The notes under the pieces are model-generated. The model was not told the DNA's origin and did not search any database. It was given only the letters and a program-made list of their open reading frames with translations. Below are positions 9,104 through 21,100 of a stretch of DNA of 64,000 nucleotides, one piece after another (position 1 is the first letter of the stretch; each line of letters starts with the position of its first letter). Position numbers and translations under genes: made by a program. This DNA is from Eledone cirrhosa. Taxonomy: Eukaryota. Where the stretch lies: assembly GCA_964016885.1 (NCBI GenBank), contig OZ024741.1, positions 16,554,001 through 16,618,000 of the forward strand, read 5' to 3'.

Positions 9104-12100
9104 GTGGCTGTGTATGTGGCTGTGTGTGTGGCTGTGTGTGGTTGAGCGTGTGGCTGTGTGTGGCTCTGTGTGGCTGTGTATGTGGCTGTGTGTGTGGCTC
9201 TGTGCGGTTGTGTGTGTGGCAGTGTGTGGTTCTGTGTGGCTGTGTGTCGTTGTGAGTGGCTGTGTGTGGTTGTGTGTGGCTGTGTGTGTGGCTGTGTGGC
9301 TATGTGTGTGGCTGTGTGTGGCTGCGTGTAGCTGTGTGGCTGTGTGTGTGGCTGTGTGGCTGTGTGGCTGTGCGTGGCTGTGTGTGGCTGTGAGTGGCTG
9401 TGAGTGGCTGTGTGGCTGTGTGGCTGTGAGTGGCTGTGTGTGGCTGAGTGTGGCTGTGAGTGGCTGTGAGTGGCTGTGTGGCTGTGTGGCTGTGAGTGGC
9501 TGTGTGTGGCTGAGTGTGGCTGTGAGTGGCTGTGAGTGGCTGTGTGGCTGTGTGGTTGTGAGTGGCTGTGAGTGGCTGTGTGGCTGTGTGGCTGTGAGTG
9601 GCTGTGAGTGGCTGTGTGGCTGTGAGTGGCTGTGTGTGGCTGTGTGTGGCTGTGTGGCTGTGTGTGGCTGTGTGTGGCTGTGTGGCTGTGTGGCTGTGAG
9701 TGGCTGTGTGTGGCTGAGTGTGGCTGTGAGTGGCTCTGAGTGGCTGTGAGTGGCTGTGAGTGGCTGTGTGGCTGTGTGGCTGTGAGTGGTTGTGTGTGGC
9801 TGTTAGTGGCTGTGAGTGGCTGTGAGTGGCTGTGTGTGGCTGTGAGTGGCTGTGTGGCTGTGTGGCTGTGAGTGGTTGTGTGTGGCTGTGAGTGGCTGTG
9901 AGTGGCTGTGAGTGGCTGTGTGTGGCTGTGAGTGGCTGTGTGGCTGTGTGTGGCTGTATGTGGCTGTGTGTGGCTGTGAGTGGCTGTGTGGCTGTGTGTG
10001 GCTGTGTGGCTGTGAGTGGCTGTGTGGCTGTGTGTGGCTGTGAGTGGCTGTGTGTGGCTGTGTGGCTGTGTGGCTGTGAGTGGCTGTGTGTGGCTGTGAG
10101 TGGCTGTGTGGCTGTGAGTGGCTGTGTGTGGCTGTGTGTGGCTGTGTGGCTGTGTGTGGCTGTGTGGCTGTGTGTGGCTGTGTGTGGCTGTGTGGCTGTA
10201 TGTGGCTGTGTGGCTGTGTGTGGCTGTGTGTGGCTGTGTGGCTGTGTGGCTGTGTGTGGCTGTGTGGCTGTGTGGCTGTGTGGCTGTGAGTGGCTGTATG
10301 TGGCTGTGTGGCTGTGTGGCTGTGTGGCTGTAAGTGGCTGTATGTGGCTGTGTGGCTGTGAGTGGCTGTGTGTGGCTGTGAGTGGCTGTGTGGCTGTGTG
10401 GCTGTGCGTGGCTGTGTGTGGTTGTGAGTGGCTGTGAGTGGCTGTGTGTGGCTGTGTGTGGCTGTGTGTGGCTGTGTGGCTGTGTGGCTGTGTGTGTGGA
10501 TGTGTGGCTGTGTGGTTGTGTGGCTGTGTGGCTGTGTGGCTGTGAATGGCTATGTGTGGCTGAGTGTGGCTGTGAGTGGCTGTGAGTGGCTGTGTGTGGC
10601 TGTGTGTGGCTGTGTGTGGCTGTGTGGCTGTGTGGCTGTGTGTGTGGATGTGTGGCTGTGTGGTTGTGTGGCTGTGTGGCTGTGTGGCTGTGAATGGCTA
10701 TGTGTGGCTGAGTGTGGCTGTGAGTGGCTGTGAGTGGCTGTGTGGCTGTGTGGCTGTGAGTGGCTGTGTGTGGCTGTGAGTGGCTGTGAGTGGCTGTGAG
10801 TGGCTGTGTGGCTGTGTGGCTGTGAGTGGCTGTGTGTGGCTGAGTGTGGCTGTGAGTGGCTGTGAGTGGCTGTGTGTGGCTGTGAGTGGCTGTGTGGCTG
10901 TATGTGGCTGTGTGTGGCTGTGAGTGGCTGTGTGGCTGTGTGTGGCTGTGTGTGGCTGTGTGGCTGTGAGTGGCTGTATGTGGCTGTGTGTGGCTGTGAG
11001 TGGCTGTGTGGCTGTGAGTGGCTGTGTGGCTGTGTGGCTGTGTGGCTGTGTGTGGCTGTGTGGCTGTGAGTGGCTGTGTGTGGCTGTGAGTGGCTGTGGC
11101 TGTGTGGCTGTGAGTGGCTGTGTGTGGCTGTGAGTGGCTGTGAGTGGCTGTGAGTGGCTGTGAGTGGCTGTGTGGCTGTGTGGCTGTGAGTGGCTGTGTG
11201 TGGCTGAGTGTGGCTGTGTGGCTGTATGTGGCTGTGTGTGGCTGTGAGTGGCTGTGTGTGGCTGTGAGTGGCTGTGTGGCTGTATGTGGCTGTGTGTGGC
11301 TGTGAGTGGCTGTGTGGCTGTGTGGCTGTGTGTGGCTGTGTGGCTGTGTGGCTGTGTGGCTGTGTGGCTGTGTGGCTGTGTGGCTGTGTGGCTGTGTGTG
11401 GCTGTGTGTGGCTGTGTGTGGCTGTGTGGCTGTGTGTGGCTGTGTGTGGCTGTGTGGCTGTGTGTGGCTGTGTGTGGCTGTGTGTGGCTGTGTGGCTGTG
11501 TGTGGCTGTGTGTGGCTGTGTGGCTGTGAGTGGCTGTATGTGGCTGTGTGTGGCTGTGAGTGGCTGTGTGGCTGTGAGTGGCTGTGTGGCTGTGTGGCTG
11601 TGTGGCTGTGTGTGGCTGTGTGGCTGTGAGTGGCTGTGTGTGGCTGTGAGTGGCTGTGTGGCTGTGTGGCTGTGTGGCTGTGTGTGGCTGTGAGTGGCTG
11701 TGTGTGGCTGTGAGTGGCTATGTGTGGCTGAGTGTGGCTGTGAGTGGCTGTGTGGCTGTGTGGCTGTGAGTGGCTGTGTGTGGCTGTGAGTGGCTGTGAG
11801 TGGCTGTGAGTGGCTGAGTGTGGCTGTGAGTGGCTGTGAGTGGCTGTGAGTGGCTGTGTGTGGCTGTGAGTGGCTGTGTGGCTGTATGTGGCTGTGTGTG
11901 GCTGTGAGTGGCTGTGTGGCTGTGTGGCTGTGTGGCTGTGTGTGGCTGTGTGGCTGTGTGGCTGTGTGGCTGTGTGGCTGTGTGAGTGGCTGTGTGGCTG
12001 TGTGGCTGTATGTGGCTGTGTGTGGCTGTGTGTGGCTGTGTGGCTGTGAGTGGCTATGTGGCTGTGTGGCTGTGTGGCTGTGTGGCTGTGAGTGGCTGTG

Positions 12101-15100
12101 TGGCTGTGAGTGGCTGTGTGTGGCTGTGTGTGGCTGTGTGGCTGTGAGTGGCTGTGTGGCTGTGAGTGGCTGTGTGGCTGTGTGGCTGTGTGGCTGTGTG
12201 GCTGTGTGTGGCTGTGTGGCTGTATGTGGCTGTGTGTGGCTGTGAGTGGCTGTGTGGCTGTGTGGCTGTGTGGCTGTGTGTGGCTGTGTGGCTGTGTGGC
12301 TGTGTGGCTGTGTGGCTGTGTGAGTGGCTGTGTGGCTGTGTGGCTGTATGTGGCTGTGTGTGGCTGTGTGTGGCTGTGTGGCTGTGAGTGGCTATGTGGC
12401 TGTGTGGCTGTGTGGCTGTGTGGCTGTGAGTGGCTGTGTGGCTGTGAGTGGCTGTGTGTGGCTGTGTGTGGCTGTGTGGCTGTGAGTGGCTGTGTGGCTG
12501 TGAGTGGCTGTGTGGCTGTGTGGCTGTGTGGCTGTGTGGCTGTATGTGGCTGTGTGTGGCTGTGAGTGGCTGTGTGGCTGTGAGTGGCTGTGAGGAGTGG
12601 CTGTGAGTGGCTGTGAGTGGCTGTGTGGCTGTGTGGCTGTGAGTGGCTGTGTGTGGCTGAGTGTGGCTGTGAGTGGCTGTGAGTGGCTGTGTGGCTGTAT
12701 GTGGCTGTGTGTGGCTGTGAGTGACTGTGTGGCTGTGTGTGGCTGTGTGTGGCTGTGTGGCTGTGAGTGGCTGTATGTGGCTGTGTGTGGCTGTGAGTGG
12801 CTGTGTGGCTGTGAGTGGCTGTGTGGCTGTGTGGCTGTGTGGCTGTGTGTGGCTGTGTGGCGGTGAGTGGCTGTGTGTGGCTGTGAGTGGCTGTGTGGCT
12901 GTGTGGCTGTGTGGCTGTGTGTGGCTGTGAGTGGCTGTGTGTGGCTGTGAGTGGCTATGTGTGGCTGAGTGTGGCTGTGAGTGGCTGTGGCTGTGTGGCT
13001 GTGAGTGGCTGTGTGTGGCTGTGAGTGGCTGTGAGTGGCTGTGAGTGGCTGTGAGTGGCTGTGTGGCTGTGTGGCTGTGAGTGGCTGTGTGTGGCTGAGT
13101 GTGGCTGTGTGGCTGTATGTGGCTGTGTGTGGCTGTGAGTGGCTGTGTGTGGCTGTGAGTGGCTGTGTGGCTGTATGTGGCTGTGTGTGGCTGTGAGTGG
13201 CTGTGTGGCTGTGTGGCTGTGTGTGGCTGTGTGGCTGTGTGGCTGTGTGGCTGTGTGGCTGTGTGAGTGGCTGTGTGGCTGTGTGGCTGTGTGTGGCTGT
13301 GTGTGGCTGTGTGTGGCTGTGTGTGGCTGTGAGTGGCTGTGGCTGTGTGGCTGTGAGTGGCTGTGTGTGGCTGTGAGTGGCTGTGAGTGGCTGTGAGTGG
13401 CTGTGAGTGGCTGTGTGGCTGTGTGGCTGTGAGTGGCTGTGTGTGGCTGAGTGTGGCTGTGTGGCTGTATGTGGCTGTGTGTGGCTGTGAGTGGCTGTGT
13501 GTGGCTGTGAGTGGCTGTGTGGCTGTATGTGGCTGTGTGTGGCTGTGAGTGGCTGTGTGGCTGTGTGGCTGTGTGTGGCTGTGTGGCTGTGTGGCTGTGT
13601 GGCTGTGTGGCTGTGTGAGTGGCTGTGTGGCTGTGTGGCTGTGTGTGGCTGTGTGTGGCTGTGTGTGGCTGTGTGGCTGTGTGTGACTGTGTGTGGCTGT
13701 GTGGCTGTGTGTGGCTGTGTGTGGCTGTGTGTGGCTGTGTGGCTGTGTGTGGCTGTGTGTGGCTGTGTGGCTGTGAGTGGCTGTATGTGGCTGTGTGTGG
13801 CTGTGAGTGGCTGTGTGGCTGTGAGTGGCTGTGTGGCTGTGTGGCTGTGTGGCTGTGTGTGGCTGTGTGGCTGTGAGTGGCTGTGTGTGGCTGTGAGTGG
13901 CTGTGTGGCTGTGTGGCTGTGTGGCTGTGTGTGGCTGTGAGTGGCTGTGTGTGGCTGTGAGTGGCTATGTGTGGCTGAGTGTGGCTGTGTGGCTGTGTGG
14001 CTGTGTGTGGCTGTGAGTGGCTGTGAGTGGCTGTGAGTGGCTGTGAGTGGCTGTGTGGCTGTGTGGCTGTGAGTGGCTGTGTGTGGCTGAGTGTGGCTGT
14101 GAGTGGCTGTGAGTGGCTGTGAGTGGCTGTGTGTGGCTGTGAGTGGCTGTGTGGCTGTATGTGGCTGTGTGTGGCTGTGAGTGGCTGTGTGGCTGTGTGG
14201 CTGTGTGGCTGTGTGTGGCTGTGTGGCTGTGTGGCTGTGTGGCTGTGTGGCTGTGTGAGTGGCTGTGTGGCTGTGTGGCTGTATGTGGCTGTGTGTGGCT
14301 GTGTGTGGCTGTGTGGCTGTGAGTGGCTATGTGGCTGTGTGGCTGTGTGGCTGTGTGGCTGTGAGTGGCTGTGTGGCTTTGAGTGGCTGTGTGTGGCTGT
14401 GTGTGGCTGTGTGGCTGTGAGTGGCTGTGTGGCTGTGAGTGGCTGTGTGGCTGTGTGTGGCTGTGTGGCTGTATGTGGCTGTGTGTGGCTGTGAGTGGCT
14501 GTGTGGCTGTGAGTGGCTGTGTGGCTGTGTGGCTGTGTGGCTGTGTGTGGCTGTGTGTGGCTGTGTGTGGCTGTGTGGCTGTATGTGGCTGTGTGGCTGT
14601 GTGTGGCTGTGTGTGGCTGTGTGGCTGTGTGGCTGTGTGTGGCTGTGTGGCTGTGTGTGGCTGTGAGTGGCTGTGTGTGTGGCTGTGAGTGGCTGTGTGG
14701 CTGTGTGGCTGTGTGGCTGTGAGTGGCTGTGTGTGTGGCTGTGAGTGGCTGTGTGGCTGTGTGTGGCTGTGTGGCTGTATGTGACTGTGTGTGGCTGTGT
14801 GGCTGTGTGTGGCTGTGTGTGGCTGTGTGGCTGTGTGTGGCTGTGTGGCTGTGTGTGGCTGTGTGGCTGTGTGGCTGTGTGTGGCTGTGTGGCTGTGTGT
14901 GTCTGTGTGGCTGTTTGTGGCTGTGTGGCTGTGTGTGTGGCTGTGAGTGGCTGTGTGTGGCTGTGTGTGGCTGTATGGCTGTGTGTGGCTGTGTGTGTGG
15001 CTGTGTGGCTGTGTGTGTGGCTGTGTGTGGCTGTGTGTGGCTGTGTGGCTGTGTGTGTGTGGCTGTGTGTGGCTGTGTGTGGCTGTGTGGCTGTATGTGG

Positions 15101-18100
15101 CTGTGTGTGGCTGTGTGGCTGTGTGTGGCTGTGTGGCTGTGTGTGGCTGTGTGGCTGTGTGTGGCTGTGTGGCTGTGTGTGGCTGTGTGTGGCTGTGTGG
15201 CTGTGTGTGGCTGTGTGGCTGTGTGTGGCTGTGTGGCTGTGTGTGTGGCTGTGAGTGGCTGTGTGTGGCTGTGTGTGGCTGTATGGCTGTGTGTGGCTGT
15301 GTGTGTGGCTGTGTGGCTGTGTGTGTGGCTGTGTGTGGCTGTGTGTGGCTGTGTGGCTGTGTGTGTGTGGCTGTGTGTGGCTGTGTGTGGCTGTGTGGCT
15401 GTGTGGCTGTGTGGCTGTGTGAGTGGCTGTGTGGCTGTGTGGCTGTGTGTGGCTGTGTGTGGCTGTGTGTGGCTGTGTGGCTGTGTGGCTGTGTGTGTGG
15501 CTGTGTGGCTGTGAGTGGCTGTGTGGCTGTGTGTGTGGCTGTGAGTGGCTGTGTGTGGCTGTGTGGCTGTGTGTGGCTGTGTGGCTGTGTGTGTGGCTGT
15601 GTGTGGCTGTGTGGCTGTGTGTGTGGCTGTGTGTGGCTGTGTGGCTGTGTGTGGCTGTGTGGCTGTGTGTGTGGCTGTGTGTGGCTGTGTGTGGCTGTGT
15701 GGCTGTGTGTGTGTGGCTGTGTGTGGCTGTGTGTGGCTGTGTGGCTGTGAGTGGCTGTATGTGGCTGTGTGTGGCTGTGTGGCTGTGTGTGGCTGTGTGG
15801 CTGTGTGTGGCTGTGTGGCTGTGTGTGGCTGTGTGGCTGTGTGTGGCTGTGTGGCTGTGTGTGGCTGTGTGTGGCTGTGTGGCTGTGTGTGGCTGTGTGG
15901 CTGTGTGTGGCTGTGTGGCTGTGTGTGTGGCTGTGAGTGGCTGTGTGTGGCTGTGTGTGGCTGTATGGCTGTGTGTGGCTGTGTGTGTGGCTGTGTGGCT
16001 GTGTGTGTGGCTGTGTGTGGCTGTGTGTGGCTGTGTGGCTGTGTGTGTGTGGCTGTGTGTGGCTGTGTGTGGCTGTGTGGCTGTGTGGCTGTGTGGCTGT
16101 GTGGCTGTGTGGCTGTGTGAGTGGCTGTGTGGCTGTGTGGCTGTGTGTGGCTGTGTGTGGCTGTGTGTGGCTGTGTGGCTGTGTGGCTGTGTGTGTGGCT
16201 GTGTGGCTGTGAGTGGCTGTGTGGCTGTGTGGCTGTGTGTGGCTGTGTGTGGCTGTGTGGCTGTGTGTGTGGCTGTGAGTGGCTGTGTGTGGCTGTGTGT
16301 GGCTGTGTGGCTGTGTGTGTGGCTGTGTGTGGCTGTGTGGCTGTGTGTGTGGCTGTGTGTGGCTGTGTGTGGCTGTGTGGCTGTGTGTGTGTGGCTGTGT
16401 GGCTGTGTGTGGCTGTATGTGGCTGTGTGGCTGTGTGGCTGTGTGTGGCTGTATGTGGCTGTGTGGCTGTGTGTGGCTGTGTGGCTGTGTGTGGCTGTGT
16501 GGCTGTGTGTGGCTGTGTGTGGCTGTGTGGCTGTGTGTGGCTGTGTGGCTGTGTGTGGCTGTGTGGCTGTGTGTGTGGCTGTGAGTGGCTGTGTGTGGCT
16601 GTGTGTGGCTGTATGGCTGTGTGTGGCTGTGTGTGTGGCTGTGTGGCTGTGTGGCTGTGTGTGGCTGTGTGTGGCTGTGTGTGGCTGTGTGGCTGTGTGT
16701 GTGGCTGTGTGGCTGTGAGTGGCTGTGTGGCTGTGTGTGTGGCTGTGAGTGGCTGTGTGTGGCTGTGTGGCTGTGTGTGGCTGTGTGGCTGTGTGTGTGG
16801 CTGTGTGTGGCTGTGTGGCTGTGTGTGTGGCTGTGTGTGGCTGTGTGGCTGTGTGTGGCTGTGTGGCTGTGTGTGTGGCTGTGTGTGGCTGTGTGTGGCT
16901 GTGTGGCTGTGTGTGTGTGGCTGTGTGTGGCTGTGTGTGGCTGTGTGGCTGTGAGTGGCTGTATGTGGCTGTGTGTGGCTGTGTGGCTGTGTGTGGCTGT
17001 GTGGCTGTGTGTGGCTGTGTGGCTGTGTGTGGCTGTGTGGCTGTGTGTGGCTGTGTGGCTGTGTGTGGCTGTGTGTGGCTGTGTGGCTGTGTGTGGCTGT
17101 GTGGCTGTGTGTGGCTGTGTGGCTGTGTGTGTGGCTGTGAGTGGCTGTGTGTGGCTGTGTGTGGCTGTGTGGCTGTGTGTGTGGCTGTGTGTGGCTGTGT
17201 GTGGCTGTGTGGCTGTGTGTGTGTGGCTGTGTGTGGCTGTGTGTGGCTGTGTGGCTGTGAGTGGCTGTATGTGGCTGTGTGTGGCTGTGTGGCTGTGTGT
17301 GGCTGTGTGGCTGTGTGTGGCTGTGTGGCTGTGTGTGGCTGTGTGGCTGTGTGTGGCTGTGTGGCTGTGTGTGGCTGTGTGTGGCTGTGTGGCTGTGTGT
17401 GGCTGTGTGGCTGTGTGTGGCTGTGTGGCTGTGTGTGTGGCTGTGAGTGGCTGTGTGTGGCTGTGTGTGGCTGTGTGTGGCTGTGTGGCTGTGTGTGGCT
17501 GTGTGGCTGTGTGTGGCTGTGTGGCTGTGTGTGGCTGTGTGGCTGTGTGTGGCTGTGTGGCTGTGTGTGGCTGTGTGGCTTTGTGCGGCTGTGTGGCTGT
17601 GTGTGGCTGTGTGTGGCTGTGTGTGGCTGTGTGTGGCTGTGTGTGGCTGTGTGTGGCTGTGTGTGGCTGTGTGGCTGTGTGTGGCTGTGTGGCTGTGTGT
17701 GGCTGTGTGGCTGTGTGTGTGGCTGTGAGTGGCTGTGTGTGGCTGTGTGTGGCTGTATGGCTGTGTGTGGCTGTGTGTGTGGCTGTGTGGCTGTGTGGCT
17801 GTGTGTGGCTGTGTGTGGCTGTGTGTGGCTGTGTGGCTGTGTGTGGCTGTGTGTGGCTGTATGTGGCTGTGTGTGGCTGTGTGGCTGTGTGTGGCTGTGT
17901 GTGTGGCTGTGTGGCTGTGTGTGGCTGTGTGTGGCTGTGTGTGGCTGTGTGGCTGTGTGTGGCTGTGTGTGGCTGTATGTGGCTGTGTGTGGCTGTGTGT
18001 GTGGCTGTGTGGCTGTGAGTGGCTGTGTGGCTGTGTGTGTGGCTGTGAGTGGCTGTGTGTGGCTGTGTGGCTGTGTGTGGCTGTGTGGCTGTGTGTGTGG

Positions 18101-21100
18101 CTGTGTGTGGCTGTGTGGCTGTGTGTGTGGCTGTGTGTGGCTGTGTGGCTGTGTGTGGCTGTGTGGCTGTGTGTGTGGCTGTGTGTGGCTGTGTGTGGCT
18201 GTGTGGCTGTGTGTGTGTGGCTGTGTGTGGCTGTGTGTGGCTGTGTGGCTGTGAGTGGCTGTGTGGCTGTGTGTGTGGCTGTGTGTGGCTGTGTGTGGCT
18301 GTGTGGCTGTGAGTGGCTGTATGTGGCTGTGTGTGGCTGTGTGGCTGTGTGTGGCTGTGTGGCTGTGTGTGGCTGTGTGGCTGTGTGTGGCTGTGTGGCT
18401 GTGTGTGGCTGTGTGGCTGTGTGTGGCTGTGTGGCTGTATGTGGCTGTGTGTGGCTGTGTGGCTGTGAGTGGCTGTGTGGCTGTGTGGCTGTGTGTGTGG
18501 CTGTGAGTGGCTGTGTGTGGCTGTGTGGCTGTGTGTGGCTGTGTGGCTGTGTGTGGCTGTGTGGCTGTGTGTGTGGCTGTGAGTGGCTGTGTGTGGCTGT
18601 GTGTGGCTGTGTGGCTGTGTGTGTGGCTGTGTGTGGCTGTGTGTGGCTGTGTGGCTGTGTGTGTGTGGCTGTGTGTGGCTGTGTGTGGCTGTGTGGCTGT
18701 GAGTGGCTGTATGTGGCTGTGTGTGGCTGTGTGGCTGTGTGTGGCTGTGTGGCTGTGTGTGGCTGTGTGGCTGTGTGTGGCTGTGTGGCTGTGTGTGGCT
18801 GTGTGGCTGTGTGTGGCTGTGTGTGGCTGTGTGGCTGTGTTTGGCTGTGTGGCTGTGTGTGGCTGTGTGGCTGTGTGTGTGGCTGTGAGTGGCTGTGTGT
18901 GGCTGTGTGTGGCTGTATGGCTGTGTGTGGCTGTGTGGCTGTGTGTGTGGCTGTGTGTGGCTGTGTGTGGCTGTGTGGCTGTGTGTGTGTGGCTGTGTGT
19001 GGCTGTGTGTGGCTGTGTGGCTGTGTGGCTGTGTGGCTGTGTGGCTGTGTGGCTGTGTGAGTGGCTGTGTGGCTGTGTGGCTGTGTGTGGCTGTGTGTGG
19101 CTGTGTGTGGCTGTGTGGCTGTGTGGCTGTGTGTGGCTGTGTGGCTGCGAGTGGCTGTGTGGCTGTGTGGCTGTGTGTGGCTGTGTGTGGCTGTGTGGCT
19201 GTGTGTGTGGCTGTGTGTGGCTGTGTGGCTGTGTGTGTGGCTGTGTGTGGCTGTGTGTGGCTGTGTGGCTGTGTGTGTGTGGCTGTGTGTGGCTGTGTGT
19301 GGCTGTGTGGCTGTGTGGCTGTGTGGCTGTGTGGCTGTGTGTGGCTGTGAGTGGCTGTGTGTGGCTGTGTGTGGCTGTGTGGCTGTGTGTGGCTGTGTGT
19401 GGCTGTGAGTGGCTGTGAGTGGCTGTGTGTGGCTGTGAGTGGCTGTGTGTGGCTGTGAGTGGCTATGTGTGGCTGAGTGTGGCTGTGAGTGGCTGTGGCT
19501 GTGTGGCTGTGAGTGGCTGTGTGTGGCTGTGAGTGGCTGTGAGTGGCTGTGAGTGGCTGTGAGTGGCTGTGTGGCTGTGTGGCTGTGAGTGGCTGTGTGT
19601 GGCTGAGTGTGGCTGTGTGGCTGTATGTGGCTGTGTGTGGCTGTGAGTGGCTGTGTGTGGCTGTGAGTGGCTGTGTGGCTGTATGTGGCTGTGTGTGGCT
19701 GTGAGTGGCTGTGTGGCTGTGTGGCTGTGTGTGGCTGTGTGGCTGTGTGGCTGTGTGGCTGTGTGGCTGTGTGAGTGGCTGTGTGGCTGTGTGGCTGTGT
19801 GTGGCTGTGTGTGGCTGTGTGTGGCTGTGTGTGGCTGTGAGTGGCTGTGGCTGTGTGGCTGTGAGTGGCTGTGTGTGGCTGTGAGTGGCTGTGAGTGGCT
19901 GTGAGTGGCTGTGAGTGGCTGTGTGGCTGTGTGGCTGTGAGTGGCTGTGTGTGGCTGAGTGTGGCTGTGTGGCTGTATGTGGCTGTGTGTGGCTGTGAGT
20001 GGCTGTGTGTGGCTGTGAGTGGCTGTGTGGCTGTATGTGGCTGTGTGTGGCTGTGAGTGGCTGTGTGGCTGTGTGGCTGTGTGTGGCTGTGTGGCTGTGT
20101 GGCTGTGTGGCTGTGTGGCTGTGTGAGTGGCTGTGTGGCTGTGTGGCTGTGTGTGGCTGTGTGTGGCTGTGTGTGGCTGTGTGGCTGTGTGTGACTGTGT
20201 GTGGCTGTGTGGCTGTGTGTGGCTGTGTGTGGCTGTGTGTGGCTGTGTGGCTGTGTGTGGCTGTGTGTGGCTGTGTGGCTGTGAGTGGCTGTATGTGGCT
20301 GTGTGTGGCTGTGAGTGGCTGTGTGGCTGTGAGTGGCTGTGTGGCTGTGTGGCTGTGTGGCTGTGTGTGGCTGTGTGGCTGTGAGTGGCTGTGTGTGGCT
20401 GTGAGTGGCTGTGTGGCTGTGTGGCTGTGTGGCTGTGTGTGGCTGTGAGTGGCTGTGTGTGGCTGTGAGTGGCTATGTGTGGCTGAGTGTGGCTGTGTGG
20501 CTGTGTGGCTGTGTGTGGCTGTGAGTGGCTGTGAGTGGCTGTGAGTGGCTGTGAGTGGCTGTGTGGCTGTGTGGCTGTGAGTGGCTGTGTGTGGCTGAGT
20601 GTGGCTGTGAGTGGCTGTGAGTGGCTGTGAGTGGCTGTGTGTGGCTGTGAGTGGCTGTGTGGCTGTATGTGGCTGTGTGTGGCTGTGAGTGGCTGTGTGG
20701 CTGTGTGGCTGTGTGGCTGTGTGTGGCTGTGTGGCTGTGAGGCTGTGTGGCTGTGTGGCTGTGTGAGTGGCTGTGTGGCTGTGTGGCTGTATGTGGCTGT
20801 GTGTGGCTGTGTGTGGCTGTGTGGCTGTGAGTGGCTATGTGGCTGTGTGGCTGTGTGGCTGTGTGGCTGTGAGTGGCTGTGTGGCTTTGAGTGGCTGTGT
20901 GTGGCTGTGTGTGGCTGTGTGGCTGTGAGTGGCTGTGTGGCTGTGAGTGGCTGTGTGGCTGTGTGTGGCTGTGTGGCTGTATGTGGCTGTGTGTGGCTGT
21001 GAGTGGCTGTGTGGCTGTGAGTGGCTGTGTGGCTGTGTGGCTGTGTGGCTGTGTGTGGCTGTGTGTGGCTGTGTGTGGCTGTGTGGCTGTATGTGGCTGT